A stretch of 62,601 bases of DNA, the filler included. It is 5 parts of 5 records of this genome, joined end to end, with 100 filler letters (N's around TTAATTAATTAA, not from the genome) between each part and the next. Parts side by side here need not be neighbours in the genome. Positions count along the whole stretch, not along the records: positions 9,584 to 16,332 come from DRR378314_1439; positions 16,433 to 31,033 come from DRR378314_1441; 3 more parts are not named here. The stretch is one strand, 5' to 3'. The position numbers were made by a program, and so were the translations under genes. Every line of letters begins with the position of its first letter. Within the stretch, counting starts at the first letter, position 1. Shown piece after piece: positions 9,990-19,846 of the stretch. The notes under the pieces are model-generated. The model did no database searches. It saw only the letters and a list, made by a program, of their open reading frames with translations, and was not told the DNA's origin.

Positions 9990-10018
9990 CTTATAGGCTC
10001 TTGAAGGTCGAGGGTAAA
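9990..10018 (-). promoter_or_regulatory. Putative sigma70 promoter for the ileS leader
   Basis: TTTACC-N17-TATAAG on the minus strand. The -10 box ends 7 nt before the leader ATG. Confidence 0.55.
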
Positions 10019-10198
10019 GCGTCAGCCCAGATAAAACCCGGCCTGTCGCAAACATCAAAGTCCCAAGACCTGCACTTCATCCCATCAGGATCATGATCAC
10101 GATCAGCCGCCTCCCATTGCGGCAATTCACCTCTCCCCCTTCCCGTCGCCCTCACGCAGACTTAGGATTAATGTAGGACTAAATATTCGGAGGCCATC

Positions 10199-10621
10199 AT
10201 GCAGAGCGAGAGTGCCGCCCACCCTCTGGCGCGGTTCGAGATCACTGCGGAGCAGATCGCCCGCGTGGTGCGGGTCTTTTACGCGCAGGTCCGTCAGCAT
10301 TCAGAGCTTGCCCCGGTCTTTGCGGCCCATGTCGAGGACTGGCCCGCCCATGAAGACAAGATCGCCGCCTTCTGGCGTAACGCGATCCTGCGCGAAAAAG
10401 GCTACGATGGATCTCCGATGCGCGAGCACCTGTCACGCCCAGGTGTCAAAGCAGAGCATTTCCCGCTCTGGCTAGGGCTGTTTCACGACGTTCTGGCCCG
10501 CGAGCTCACGCCTGAACAGGCCCTCCAATGGGGTCATCTGGCAGATCGTATCGGAGAGGGGTTTCGAACCGGCATTGTCGCCATGCGTCAACCTAAAGAC
10601 GCGCCGCCGCGTCTGATTTGA
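10199..10621 (+). CDS. Group III truncated hemoglobin
   Basis: VRVFYAQVR...LAPVF, DWPAHEDKIAAFW, YDGSPMREH and HFPLWLGLF motifs. GGAGG RBS. Confidence 0.9.
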   Translation: MQSESAAHPLARFEITAEQIARVVRVFYAQVRQHSELAPVFAAHVEDWPAHEDKIAAFWRNAILREKGYDGSPMREHLSRPGVKAEHFPLWLGLFHDVLARELTPEQALQWGHLADRIGEGFRTGIVAMRQPKDAPPRLI

Positions 10622-10848
10622 TCCAGGCGACATGAGCAACCGCAGAGCACATGATTAAACCGCCTGAGGATCTCCCCTCTGGCGGCATCCTGACCAGCTG
10701 GCTGGCTTGCGGTGGCTGGCTTGCGGGCAATCAAATTGAGCTGGATATCTTCCGGGCTGGCTGGCGAAAGCTGGCGGGCTCGGAGGATGTCTGCCTGGCG
10801 TGCTCAAGTGCCGACGGGCATCGCCTATGTCGTGGCTGAAATTCCGGC

Positions 10849-11040
10849 TTAGGCGGCTTCTTGAGCGAAGTGGCCGCACCAATCATCCTTCTTCACGACC
10901 GGCCAGTAGCCACGTTCAGCCGCTTCTGGCTGGAATACCGGCGGGTTAAAACGGCACAGGCCCGCGTTCTCAAGCGTCTGCTCGTTGTTGGCTTTGTGGT
11001 CTTCGTAAAAGGCACAGCTATTGCATGCAGTCTGGGTCAT
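10849..11040 (-). CDS. Small four-Cys protein (putative Fe-S or metal binding)
   Basis: 63 aa: CNSCAFY...GLCRFNPP...[22 protein letters not shown]. Confidence 0.75.
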   Translation of the reverse strand: MTQTACNSCAFYEDHKANNEQTLENAGLCRFNPPVFQPEAAERGYWPVVKKDDWCGHFAQEAA

Positions 11041-11094
11041 TTGTCACTCCTTGCTTGAAGATTCCGAGTCGCCATATCTGGTCTCGCTCCACAA

Positions 11095-11111
11095 CTTAGA
11101 TAGATTCTAAA
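11095..11111. promoter_or_regulatory. Putative Irr-binding iron control element (ICE)
   Basis: CTTAGATAGATTCTAAA matches TTTRGAAYNRTTCYAAA at 14 of 17 positions and lies about 55 bp upstream of the four-Cys gene. Confidence 0.55.
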
Positions 11112-11196
11112 TTGAGAGAGGGCAAGAAGTTTCTATTTAATTTCAATTAGTTGACTTGATTTGTCGGAATAAGATGATGAGCTTTTTGCTCAGAAT

Positions 11197-12177
11197 TCAC
11201 TTCACGAATCCCCGGAGAGCGCATTGCAGCACCTTTCCCAAGCGTGGTTTCGACAGACCCTCAAAACCCATGGGCCGACACACCTCAATAGCAGCGAGCC
11301 CGACGCGCGCGGTCAAGGCGCCATTCACCAAGCCCTCGCCAAATCGGCGGGAGAGCTTGGACAGAACAGACGCGCCGAGCACAGGCTCCAACAGGTCGTC
11401 CCCCACCGCGACCGCGCCGGTTGCCACCAGGTGGGACAGGACCGCACGCGTCAAACGCCAGGAACTGAAGAACCCGGAGCGCCCCCCGTAGATCTCGGCG
11501 ATACGGCGGATCATGCGCAGGCTCGACACCAGCGCGGTGAGCACATCCGCAAGCGCCAGCGGCACCAAGGCGGTAACCCCGGCCACCTGCCGGGCTGCGG
11601 CCTCCACCTCGACCACGGCGCGCGCATCAAGCGGGCGCATCAATTCGGCTTCTGCCAGGTCAATCAGCGCATCCGCATCGAGGAGCTCCGCTTTGCGATC
11701 AGACAAGTTACGCTGCGCCCATTCCAGATCCGCGCGGCCCGCATAGAAACGCTGCAGCGCCGCGACCTGTGTTTGGGCCTCTTTCAAAGTGCCCGCGCGC
11801 GCCTTGGCACAGGCCTGTCGCAGATCATCAACGCGACGCACCCGCGCCACCGCAGCCAGTTCGCGCAGACAAAACAGCAGTGCCGCCAGCGCCAGCCCGA
11901 TCAATGCCGCCGAAACGACCAAACCGAGCACCGGGATGCGGTCCAAAAGGCTGGTGGCGTAATCCCAAGCGGCAACAGAGACGATTGTGGTGATCAAACC
12001 GGCGACACCGGCCCAGATCCAGCCCGCCCAGCCAGAGCGCCGCCCCTCTCCCATCGCCTCAACTGTTGCCTGCAGCGCCGTTGGTTCGTCAAGATCGGGC
12101 ACCGGCGGCGCATCGCTGACGCTCTGCTTTGGCTCATCTTCGGGCTGCAGGTCAAAAACGACGGGTTTACGGCTCAT
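11197..12177 (-). CDS. ycjF: YcjF family membrane protein (UPF0283)
   Basis: LDARA...AARQVAGVTALVP, YGGRSG and LSRRFGEGLVNGALTARVG...CRP motifs. Paired with ycjX. Confidence 0.88.
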   Translation of the reverse strand: MSRKPVVFDLQPEDEPKQSVSDAPPVPDLDEPTALQATVEAMGEGRRSGWAGWIWAGVAGLITTIVSVAAWDYATSLLDRIPVLGLVVSAALIGLALAALLFCLRELAAVARVRRVDDLRQACAKARAGTLKEAQTQVAALQRFYAGRADLEWAQRNLSDRKAELLDADALIDLAEAELMRPLDARAVVEVEAAARQVAGVTALVPLALADVLTALVSSLRMIRRIAEIYGGRSGFFSSWRLTRAVLSHLVATGAVAVGDDLLEPVLGASVLSKLSRRFGEGLVNGALTARVGLAAIEVCRPMGFEGLSKPRLGKVLQCALRGFVK

Positions 12178-12638
12178 GTCGTGGTCTCCATCTGGTCGGC
12201 CTGCCAATGGTATTCGATGTCGGGCAGCCCCTCGGTATTGCGCTGCCCGTTGCTGCGACGCACCTCTGCAAACCCTTCGCGCAGATAGAAACGCTGGGCC
12301 TCCGTGTTGGCCTGAAAGGTCCAGAGCGCCAAATGCGGGACCTGCTGCTTTGCACGATCAATGAGCGCCTTGCCAATCCCACGTCCACAGGAGGCGGGGG
12401 CGATATAAAGCGAACAGACCTCGGCCCCATCCCGCGCCAGAAAGCCCTCGATCTCTCCGGCATGCGCCGTCTCTGCCACCGTCACCCAGCCTCGGGCGAT
12501 CATTCGGTCGCAAAAGGAAATGGCCTCTGCCAGGGAATGTTCTTTGGGCATCCACGGGGTGTCCTGTTCAAACCGGTGCAGGATGACACCGATCCGGCTT
12601 GCATCCAGAGGTGTTGCAGGGCGCAGTCGCAGCGTCAC
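12174..12638 (-). CDS. GNAT family N-acetyltransferase
   Basis: LYIAP...GRGIGKALI, LWTFQAN..AQRFY.REGF and NTEGLPD motifs. Confidence 0.88.
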   Translation of the reverse strand: MTLRLRPATPLDASRIGVILHRFEQDTPWMPKEHSLAEAISFCDRMIARGWVTVAETAHAGEIEGFLARDGAEVCSLYIAPASCGRGIGKALIDRAKQQVPHLALWTFQANTEAQRFYLREGFAEVRRSNGQRNTEGLPDIEYHWQADQMETTT

Positions 12639-14071
12639 AAACGATCTCCGAACAGAAATTCCGCCGCGCGGTCCAACCGGATGTGAGGTGGCCCGTCGCC
12701 CGGCTTCAACACCAACGGCTGTGGCGCAAATCGCATAGATGCGTAGCTCCCATCAAGCCAGCACTCTGCCCCCTGTCGCGCAGGCGTCAGCAACTGGCGC
12801 GGATCCTCGGGCAAACGCCCCGGATAAAGCGCCGCGGGCTTGCCCGTGTCCGCCAAGAGCCCGCGCACACAGGGCAATTCCGCTCCCTCATGTGTGCGCA
12901 ATTCTTCGGTCGTGGCACGCAAAGCCGCCAGCGACAGCGCGGCAGTTTCAGCCCCGGCGAACTGCGCCCGGTCACGGGCATCCTGGGTCAATGCCTCAAT
13001 GATTGCCGTCAATTGCGGATGCTGCTGATGGTGCAAGTGATCCGCCTTGGTGGCCGCAAAGAGGATCTTTTCCACCCGCTTGCCGCGCAAGATCTGGCTC
13101 AGAAAACCGTTGGAGCCGGGGCGGAAACTCCCCAGGATATCCGTCATCGCGCGGCGTAGATCTTCCATCGCAGGTGGGCCGGAATGCAGCGCGCCGAGCG
13201 CATCCACCAACACGACCTGCCGATCAATCCGCGCAAAGTGATCGCGAAAGAACGGGCGCACGACCTGGGCCTTGTAAGCCTCGAACCGGCGCGCCATCTC
13301 GCGGGCGAGGCTGCCGCGCGGCGCGGACCCTTCGGGCAAGGGGGCAAAGGTCAACACCGGAGAACCCGCAAGATCGCCGGGCAACAGGAACCGCCCCGGG
13401 GTGCAATCATAATAGCCCCCCGCACGTGCCGCCTGCAGATAGTCAGCGAAGGCCGATGCAAGCCCCTGCGCGAGGGGCTCATCATGCGCCGCATCCGGAT
13501 CAGCCGCCCGCACAGCCGCCCGGAACGCCTTTGCTTCGTCGCGCGTCTCGATCCGGCGCAGGACATCGGCAGACCAGCCAGCATAGTCCTTGTCGAGAAG
13601 GGACAGATCCAGCAACCACTCACCGGGGTAATCAATGATGTCCAAATGCAGCACCTTCGGCCCGGTCACCCCCCCGAACAGGCCGGACGGACGCAACCGC
13701 AAACTGAGGCGCAATTCGGACACCGCGCGGGTACTGTCGGGCCAATGGGGCTCTGGCCCGGTCAGCGCGCCAAGATGGTTTTCAAAATCAAATCTCGGCA
13801 CCGTGTCGTCGGGCTGCGGCTGCAGATAGGCGGCCTCGATACGTCCGTCGCGCTCTGCCGACAATTGCGCCATGCGGCCCCGGTTCATCAGGTTGGCCAC
13901 CAGAGAGGTGATGAAGACCGTCTTGCCCGCACGCGCCAATCCGGTAACCCCTAAGCGCAGAGTCGGCTCTGCAAACGGGCTGGCCACCACGCCTCCCAGC
14001 GTTTCCGCGCCGCGCAACACCCCATCGGCCACATCCGCAGCCAGCCCTGTCACTCCTGATCCTCGCACCAC
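12635..14071 (-). CDS. ycjX: YcjX family P-loop GTP-binding protein
   Basis: LGVTGLARAGKTVFITSL, DIIDYPGEWLLD, FAATKADH and PPHIRLD motifs. Start may be slightly downstream. Confidence 0.92.
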   Translation of the reverse strand: MVRGSGVTGLAADVADGVLRGAETLGGVVASPFAEPTLRLGVTGLARAGKTVFITSLVANLMNRGRMAQLSAERDGRIEAAYLQPQPDDTVPRFDFENHLGALTGPEPHWPDSTRAVSELRLSLRLRPSGLFGGVTGPKVLHLDIIDYPGEWLLDLSLLDKDYAGWSADVLRRIETRDEAKAFRAAVRAADPDAAHDEPLAQGLASAFADYLQAARAGGYYDCTPGRFLLPGDLAGSPVLTFAPLPEGSAPRGSLAREMARRFEAYKAQVVRPFFRDHFARIDRQVVLVDALGALHSGPPAMEDLRRAMTDILGSFRPGSNGFLSQILRGKRVEKILFAATKADHLHHQQHPQLTAIIEALTQDARDRAQFAGAETAALSLAALRATTEELRTHEGAELPCVRGLLADTGKPAALYPGRLPEDPRQLLTPARQGAECWLDGSYASMRFAPQPLVLKPGDGPPHIRLDRAAEFLFGDRL

Positions 14072-14225
14072 CTGCTGCCCCGTGTCTTTGCTTGTGTTTC
14101 AACGCTCTGCCCTTGGCCTGCGCCTATGAACATAGGCATCCTGACGACCGGTTGCCAGCCTGCATCCTGCCCACCCGCAGAGCAGGGGCTTGCCAGCTTC
14201 GCTCCAGCACGCTACGCCGCGCGTC

Positions 14226-15005
14226 ATGCCGCGTATTGCTCTCAAAGTCGAATATCATGGAAAGCCATTTGCCGGCTGGCAAAGGCAGAAGGATCAACCC
14301 TCGGTGCAGGGTGCGATCGAGGCTGCCCTCGCGAAACTCGAACCGGGAGCGCACACGATCGCCGCCGCCGGTCGCACCGATACGGGCGTGCATGGTCTGG
14401 GTCAGGTGGCACACTGCGACCTGCAGAAAGACTGGGATCCCTTCCGGCTGAGTGAAGCGTTGAACTACCACCTGAAGCCTGCGCCGGTTGCCATCGTCGA
14501 TGCCGCCCGTGTGGACGACGACTGGCATGCCCGGTTCAGCGCCATCGAACGACAGTACCTGTTCCGGATCCTGATGCGACGCGCGCCGGCGACACATGAT
14601 GCCGGTCAGGTCTGGCAGATCAATCACCGGCTGGACGTGGATGCGATGCAGGCGGGTGCGAACCACCTGCTCGGCAACCATGACTTCACGACGTTCCGCT
14701 CGTCGATCTGCCAGGCGGCCAGCCCGGTCAAGACATTGGATGAGTTGCGGGTCGAGCAGGTCCAGGGCCTTTCCGGCCCGGAGATCCACTTTCACGTCCG
14801 CGCGCGAAGCTTCCTGCACAATCAGGTGCGCAGTTTTGTGGGCACGCTGGAACGTGTCGGTACAGGCGCATGGGCCCCCGAAGACGTGCGCGACGCGCTG
14901 GCAGCACAGGATCGCGCCGCCTGTGGACCGGTCTGCCCGGGGCACGGGCTCTATCTGGCACGGGTGGGCTATCCAGATCCCGTTTTCCCCAGCGATCACG
15001 CCTGA
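14226..15005 (+). CDS. truA: tRNA pseudouridine(38-40) synthase
   Basis: [20 protein letters not shown] and SFLHNQVR motifs. Confidence 0.96.
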   Translation: MPRIALKVEYHGKPFAGWQRQKDQPSVQGAIEAALAKLEPGAHTIAAAGRTDTGVHGLGQVAHCDLQKDWDPFRLSEALNYHLKPAPVAIVDAARVDDDWHARFSAIERQYLFRILMRRAPATHDAGQVWQINHRLDVDAMQAGANHLLGNHDFTTFRSSICQAASPVKTLDELRVEQVQGLSGPEIHFHVRARSFLHNQVRSFVGTLERVGTGAWAPEDVRDALAAQDRAACGPVCPGHGLYLARVGYPDPVFPSDHA

Positions 15006-15477
15006 CCAGCCGGCCCTTCCCTGCAAGAACGCCTGTCTGCCTGCACGCGGCCCTAACTGGCCGGGAACACGTCACCATCACCCCACATGTTTCGGGCTGG
15101 CACCTCGGCGATGCACTTGGCAAAGTTGTAGAAAACCTACGCCGGCTGACAGCGGGCGAGCCTCTGTTGCATGAGGTCGACCGCAGCCGCGGCTATTGAA
15201 GGCAATGGCTGCGTGATTTTGACCTGTGGTGCAGCTGCGCAACTCAAGTCATACCTTAGGAACCGAATGATCGAACACCACTGCCTGCAGCCACACCGTC
15301 GCGCAGCCGAGCGTGAGTGTGGGTGCGAATGGCTTACAGCCTCGCGTGTCGGATTTCTAGTTGGCGCTACCTCCCCTGAGCAAGGGGGCCAGCGCACAGC
15401 GCTTCGCATATCGCTGACGACACCCGCGGAAGGTCGAACCGAACCCCCGCAGTGACCATCACGCCAGCGCCAAACGC

Positions 15478-15544
15478 GCAGGGCCCTCCCCGCATGGGAA
15501 GGGCCCTGCTGAGACCTGTCGCGCCCCCGGGCACCGGGGGCGCG
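15478..15544. repeat. Two GC-rich hairpins downstream of gcvP (terminator or REP-like)
   Basis: GCAGGGCCCTCCCC-gcat-GGGAAGGGCCCTGC and CGCGCCCCCGG-gca-CCGGGGGCGCG. Confidence 0.55.
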
Positions 15545-15560
15545 TCCATGTAACTGTGAT

Positions 15561-16332
15561 CTATTCCGCCGCCTCGGCGTACTCCTCCATCGGCGGGCAG
15601 GTGCAGATCAGATGACGGTCACCATAGACATTGTCGACGCGGTTCACCGGTGGCCAGTATTTATCCACCCGGAACGCCCCCGTCGGGAAACAGCCCTCCT
15701 CGCGCGTGTAGGGACGGTCCCAGTCCTTCACCAGATCTTCCATCGTGTGCGGTGCGTTCTTCAGCGCGTTGTTCTCCCGCGCCATGTCGCCGTCCTCGAT
15801 CGCCTTGATCTCGGAGCGGATCGACAGCATCGCACCGACAAAACGGTCCAGCTCTGCCTTGGTCTCCGATTCCGTGGGCTCCACCATCAGCGTGCCCGCG
15901 ACAGGCCAGCTCATGGTCGGCGCGTGAAAGCCGCTGTCCATCAGACGCTTGGCCACATCATCAACCGTCACATCCGCGCTGTCAGCAAAGGGGCGGGTGT
16001 CCAGGATGCACTCATGCGCGACCCGACCCGTCGGCCCCTTGTAGAGCACGTCGTAGGCCCCTTCGAGGCGCTTGGCGAGGTAGTTCGCCGACAGGATCGC
16101 CACTTTGGTCGCCTGCGTCAGACCTGCGCCGCCCATCATCAGACAATAGGCCCAGGAGATGGTCAGGATCGAGGCCGACCCCAGCGGAGCCGCCGAAACG
16201 GGCCCTTCACTGCCGCCAGTTTCCGGATGCCCCGGAAGATGGTCAATCAGATGCGACTTCACACCGATCGGGCCCATGCCGGGGCCACCGCCGCCATGGG
16301 GAATGGCAAAGGTCTTGTGCAGGTTCAGGTGG
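15561..16332 (-). CDS. gcvP: Glycine dehydrogenase (decarboxylating), C-terminal part (5' truncated)
   Basis: [50 protein letters not shown] and [17 protein letters not shown] motifs. Confidence 0.97.
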
Positions 16333-16432
16333 NNNNNNNNNNNNNNNNNNNNNNNNNNNNNNNNNNNNNNNNNNNNTTAATTAATTAANNNNNNNNNNNN
16401 NNNNNNNNNNNNNNNNNNNNNNNNNNNNNNNN
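16333..16432. other. Artificial contig linker
   Basis: N44-TTAATTAATTAA-N44. Confidence 0.99.
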
Positions 16433-16462
16433 TCGCAGGTTCGAGTCCTGCTAGCCCGACCA
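16433..16462 (+). tRNA. 3' fragment of a tRNA, probably tRNA-Pro (truncated by contig start)
   Basis: T-arm GCAGG-TTCGAGT-CCTGC, acceptor strand TAGCCCG, discriminator A and CCA. The G72/A73 end is typical of tRNA-Pro. Anticodon not visible. Confidence 0.75.
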
Positions 16463-16467
16463 TAACA

Positions 16468-16498
16468 AAACGCCCGAGCGGTCACCGCTCGGGCGTTT
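16468..16498 (+). terminator. Terminator after the tRNA
   Basis: AAACGCCCGAGCGG-tca-CCGCTCGGGCGTTT perfect hairpin. Confidence 0.8.
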
Positions 16499-16632
16499 GT
16501 GTATCCGCCGCCTGCTTTGTCGTTGGTTTTCCAAGGTAAATTCTCGGCCTCAAGTGACAAGGCGATTGTGGCACGACAGAATTTGCGTCAGCATCCTTCG
16601 GGACAGCGACGCCATCAGGGGGAACGGCAGAT

Positions 16633-17712
16633 ATGACCGGTGTTTTGCCCAGCCAGACGATCGAAACCATGCTCGCGCGAGCGGAAATCAAACTCGACGC
16701 GCCGCTGATCGACGGCCAGATCCAGCCCGCCAGCCTTGACCTGCGCCTTGGCACCGTCGCCTATCGCGTCCGCGCCTCCTTCCTCGCCGGTCAGGGCCGC
16801 ACCGTGTCCGAGCGGCTGGACGAATTCGAGATGCATCGCATCGACCTCAGCGACGGCGCGGTGCTGGAAAAGGGCTGCGTCTACGTGGTGCCGCTGATGG
16901 AATCGCTCGATCTGCCCGCCAACATCACCGCCGTTGCCAATGCCAAAAGCTCCACCGGGCGGCTTGATCTGCTGACCCGCACCATCACCGATGGCGGCGA
17001 GGAATTCGACCGCATCCGCGCCGGCTATACCGGTCCGCTTTACGCCGAGATCTGTCCGCGGTCCTTCTCGGTGCTGGCACGCCCCGGCATGCGCCTCAAC
17101 CAGATCCGCTTTCGTGACGGGCAAGCGGTGCTGGATGACGCCACCCTCGCCGCGCTGCATGCCGATACCCCGCTGGTCGATGGCGAGGCGGTGATCGAGG
17201 ACGGCTTGGGCTTTTCCGTCGATCTGCGCCTGCCGGGCACCGATCTGGTGGGCTATCGCGCCAAGCCGCACACCGGCGTGATCGATCTGGAGCGGATTGG
17301 CGCCTATGACCCCGGCGATTACTGGGAGGAGGTGCGCAGCGACAAGGGCCGCATCATCCTCGATCCCGGTGCGTTTTATATCCTCGTCAGCCGCGAAGCG
17401 GTGCATATCCCGCCCGAATACGCCGCCGAAATGGCGCCCTACCTCGCCATGGTCGGCGAATTCCGGGTGCATTACGCGGGGTTCTTCGATCCCGGCTTTG
17501 GCCATGCCGAGGCAGGTGGAGCAGGCTCGCGCGGGGTACTGGAGGTGCGCTGTCACGAGGCGCCCTTTGTGCTGGAACACGGGCAGGTGGTGGGCCGTCT
17601 GGTCTATGAACGGATGGCCTCCCTGCCCGATCAGCTTTATGGTGCCGGCATTGCCTCCAACTATCAGGGCCAGGGGCTGAAGTTGTCGAAACATTTCCGC
17701 AGCCCCACCTGA
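16633..17712 (+). CDS. dcd: 2'-deoxycytidine 5'-triphosphate deaminase (alphaproteobacterial long form)
   Basis: QIQPASLDLRLG, ANAKSSTGRLD, GEFRVHYAGFFDPGFG and SNYQGQGLKLSKHF motifs. Confidence 0.93.
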   Translation: MTGVLPSQTIETMLARAEIKLDAPLIDGQIQPASLDLRLGTVAYRVRASFLAGQGRTVSERLDEFEMHRIDLSDGAVLEKGCVYVVPLMESLDLPANITAVANAKSSTGRLDLLTRTITDGGEEFDRIRAGYTGPLYAEICPRSFSVLARPGMRLNQIRFRDGQAVLDDATLAALHADTPLVDGEAVIEDGLGFSVDLRLPGTDLVGYRAKPHTGVIDLERIGAYDPGDYWEEVRSDKGRIILDPGAFYILVSREAVHIPPEYAAEMAPYLAMVGEFRVHYAGFFDPGFGHAEAGGAGSRGVLEVRCHEAPFVLEHGQVVGRLVYERMASLPDQLYGAGIASNYQGQGLKLSKHFRSPT

Positions 17713-17718
17713 GCCGCC

Positions 17719-18246
17719 TCAGCGCGGGTAGCTGACGCTTTCTAGGTCCGCCGTGACATCCGCCTGCGCGGTGCGTTCCAGCACTGTCGACAGGGTCAGA
17801 TAGGTGCTCGTGCCGCGCACCCCCTCGATATCATAGACCTTTGATAACAGCCCCTCCAGCGCCTGCGGGCTGGCAACGCGCACCTTCATGATCAGGCACG
17901 TGTCACCGGTGGTGGAATGGATCTCCTCCACCTCGGGGAATTGCTCCAGCGCCATGATCTCGCGCGTTTTGCCCCAGCCGATGGTATCCACATGGATGAA
18001 GGCGAGAATCGGCTTGCCGACCTGCGTCCCGTCGATCTGTGCGACCGTGGCCTTGATCGCGCCCGAGGCCCGCAGCCGCTTGACCCGCTCATGCACGGCT
18101 GGTGCCGACAGGCCCACCTGCTCGCTGATCGCCGCATAGGACTGCGTGGCATCCCGGCTCAGCGCGCCTAATATTCTTCGGTCCAACGCGTCGATCCCCC
18201 TTGTGGATCGCGCCGAGGTCCGAATGCTCTCTGTTTTTTCCACCAT
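17719..18246 (-). CDS. Lrp/AsnC family transcriptional regulator
   Basis: DALDRRIL..L..DA..SYAAISEQVGLSAPAVHERVKRL HTH and a C-terminal AsnC domain. Confidence 0.92.
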   Translation of the reverse strand: MVEKTESIRTSARSTRGIDALDRRILGALSRDATQSYAAISEQVGLSAPAVHERVKRLRASGAIKATVAQIDGTQVGKPILAFIHVDTIGWGKTREIMALEQFPEVEEIHSTTGDTCLIMKVRVASPQALEGLLSKVYDIEGVRGTSTYLTLSTVLERTAQADVTADLESVSYPR

Positions 18247-18329
18247 CAGATCTTTAACACCTTCACAGAATGATTTTCGCCAATTAAGCCAAACTGCCGA
18301 ATGAAATTCAATCTGGATTAAGCCTGACC

Positions 18330-19526
18330 ATGCCATCTTCTGCCCCGCCGCTCTGGATCTCCATCGCCACGCTTATGTGCGCCATTGCCATCGTGGGCAC
18401 CAATGCGCTGTTGCTGTCCCCCTTGGTGCAGACCGTGGGCGCGGATCTCTCCGCCAGCCCAACGCAGGTGCTTTGGGCCTCCAGCGGTTACGGGTTGGGG
18501 GTGGCGGCAGCGGCGCTGCTGATTGCCCCGATCGGAGATCGCATCGGCAGCGGTCGGCTGTTGCGGATGGCGCTAGCAATTCTGACCGTTGGCTTTGTTG
18601 CCAGTGCGCTCGCCCCCGGCCTGATCGCGCTGATTGCCGCGCAGGTGCTCTGCGGCATCGCCGGTGGGGCGGCCCTGCCCTCGATCTACACAATGGCGGC
18701 GGTGATCGCCCCAAAGGGGCGCGAGGCGCGGGTGGTCGGCGCGGTCATCACCGGCTGGACCCTCTCGCTGGTGCTGGGGGTCAGCCTCGCCGCATGGAGC
18801 GCCGAGTTCCTCGGCTGGCGCATGGTCTACGGGGCCCTTGCGGCGCTTTGCGCTCTGGTCTGGGGGCTGAGCGCACCGCTGGCGCGGCTTGATGCGCCGG
18901 GGGGTGCGACCAGCTCGCCGCTCAGCGCGCTCCGGGTGCCCGGCATGGGGCGCGGTATCCTCGCCTCGGTTGGCCTCATGCTCAGCTTCTATGTGACCTA
19001 TTCCTATACCGGCGCCCATGCCACCATCGATCTTGGCCTCAGCACCGGTCAGGCCGGGCTCTTGCCGCTGATCTACGGGCTGGGGTTTGGCGGCGCGGTA
19101 CTGCTGGACCCGCTCCTTGACCGCATCGGCATGGCGCGCGCCACCACACCGGTGTTTCTCGCACTCACCCTGACCTATGTGGCGATGGGCGTGCTGGGGG
19201 CCAGCTATCCGCTGTTTCTGGCGCTGGCAGTGCTCTGGGGGATCTTCCAGCATTTCGGCCTGAACCTGCTGGTGGCCCGGCTCACGGCGCTGGACCCGCG
19301 CCAGCGGGGGGCGATCATGGGGATCTACTCGACGACGACCTATCTCAGCGTCTTTGCCGCGCCCTTTGTGGGCGGCATCGGCTTTGCGACACTGGGAATT
19401 CTGGGCTGCGTTCTGATTTCAGCGACCCTGACCATGATCGCCGCAGTCGAGGCACTGAGCCTGCGGCGCACCACCGCGTTCAGCTCTTCTCACGCGCCGC
19501 ACGACGTGCCCGACGCGCCTGTCTGA
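18330..19526 (+). CDS. MFS transporter (probable exporter)
   Basis: About 12 hydrophobic segments and an APIGDRIGSGRLL loop motif. Divergent from the Lrp regulator. Confidence 0.88.
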   Translation: MPSSAPPLWISIATLMCAIAIVGTNALLLSPLVQTVGADLSASPTQVLWASSGYGLGVAAAALLIAPIGDRIGSGRLLRMALAILTVGFVASALAPGLIALIAAQVLCGIAGGAALPSIYTMAAVIAPKGREARVVGAVITGWTLSLVLGVSLAAWSAEFLGWRMVYGALAALCALVWGLSAPLARLDAPGGATSSPLSALRVPGMGRGILASVGLMLSFYVTYSYTGAHATIDLGLSTGQAGLLPLIYGLGFGGAVLLDPLLDRIGMARATTPVFLALTLTYVAMGVLGASYPLFLALAVLWGIFQHFGLNLLVARLTALDPRQRGAIMGIYSTTTYLSVFAAPFVGGIGFATLGILGCVLISATLTMIAAVEALSLRRTTAFSSSHAPHDVPDAPV

Positions 19527-19734
19527 CCTCGCGGATACGGGCGCGCTCGGCCTCTTCCTCGGGCGTGCGCTGCGGCTTTTGCGGCGCGCCTTGCGTTTCG
19601 TCCTGGCCTCGGCGTGCCGCCTTCTTGCCGCCGGCCCGTTTGCCAACTGCATTGATGCCGGCGTTGACGCCCGCGTTCACCGCGCGCCCGATCAGGCGGC
19701 GCAGGACCATATTGGCGATCCGGTCAAATCCCAT
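19480..19734 (-). CDS. Small basic hypothetical protein
   Basis: MGFDRIANMVLRRLIGRAVNAGVNAGINAV..., GGAGG RBS. 3' end overlaps the MFS gene convergently. Confidence 0.65.
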   Translation of the reverse strand: MGFDRIANMVLRRLIGRAVNAGVNAGINAVGKRAGGKKAARRGQDETQGAPQKPQRTPEEEAERARIREVRQARRARRAAREKS

Positions 19735-19846
19735 GAGGACCTCCCTTGGGGTCTGAGTGTAGGTTTGCTGCGTTCGCCATACATATAGGTGCGGAGTACG
19801 GCGATTTCTTGGCATGTGCAAAGAGGAGCGAGCTCCAAGCCCCGGG

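Noticed and set aside
15006-15477. Intergenic stretch between truA and gcvP as a gene or remnant
   Set aside because: Only short ORFs without motifs or a clear RBS; nothing supportable.
16433-16462. tRNA 3' fragment as an att site of an integrated element
   Set aside because: It lies at the contig edge and is followed by a terminator and the core gene dcd. No integrase or second copy is visible, so truncation is the simpler explanation.
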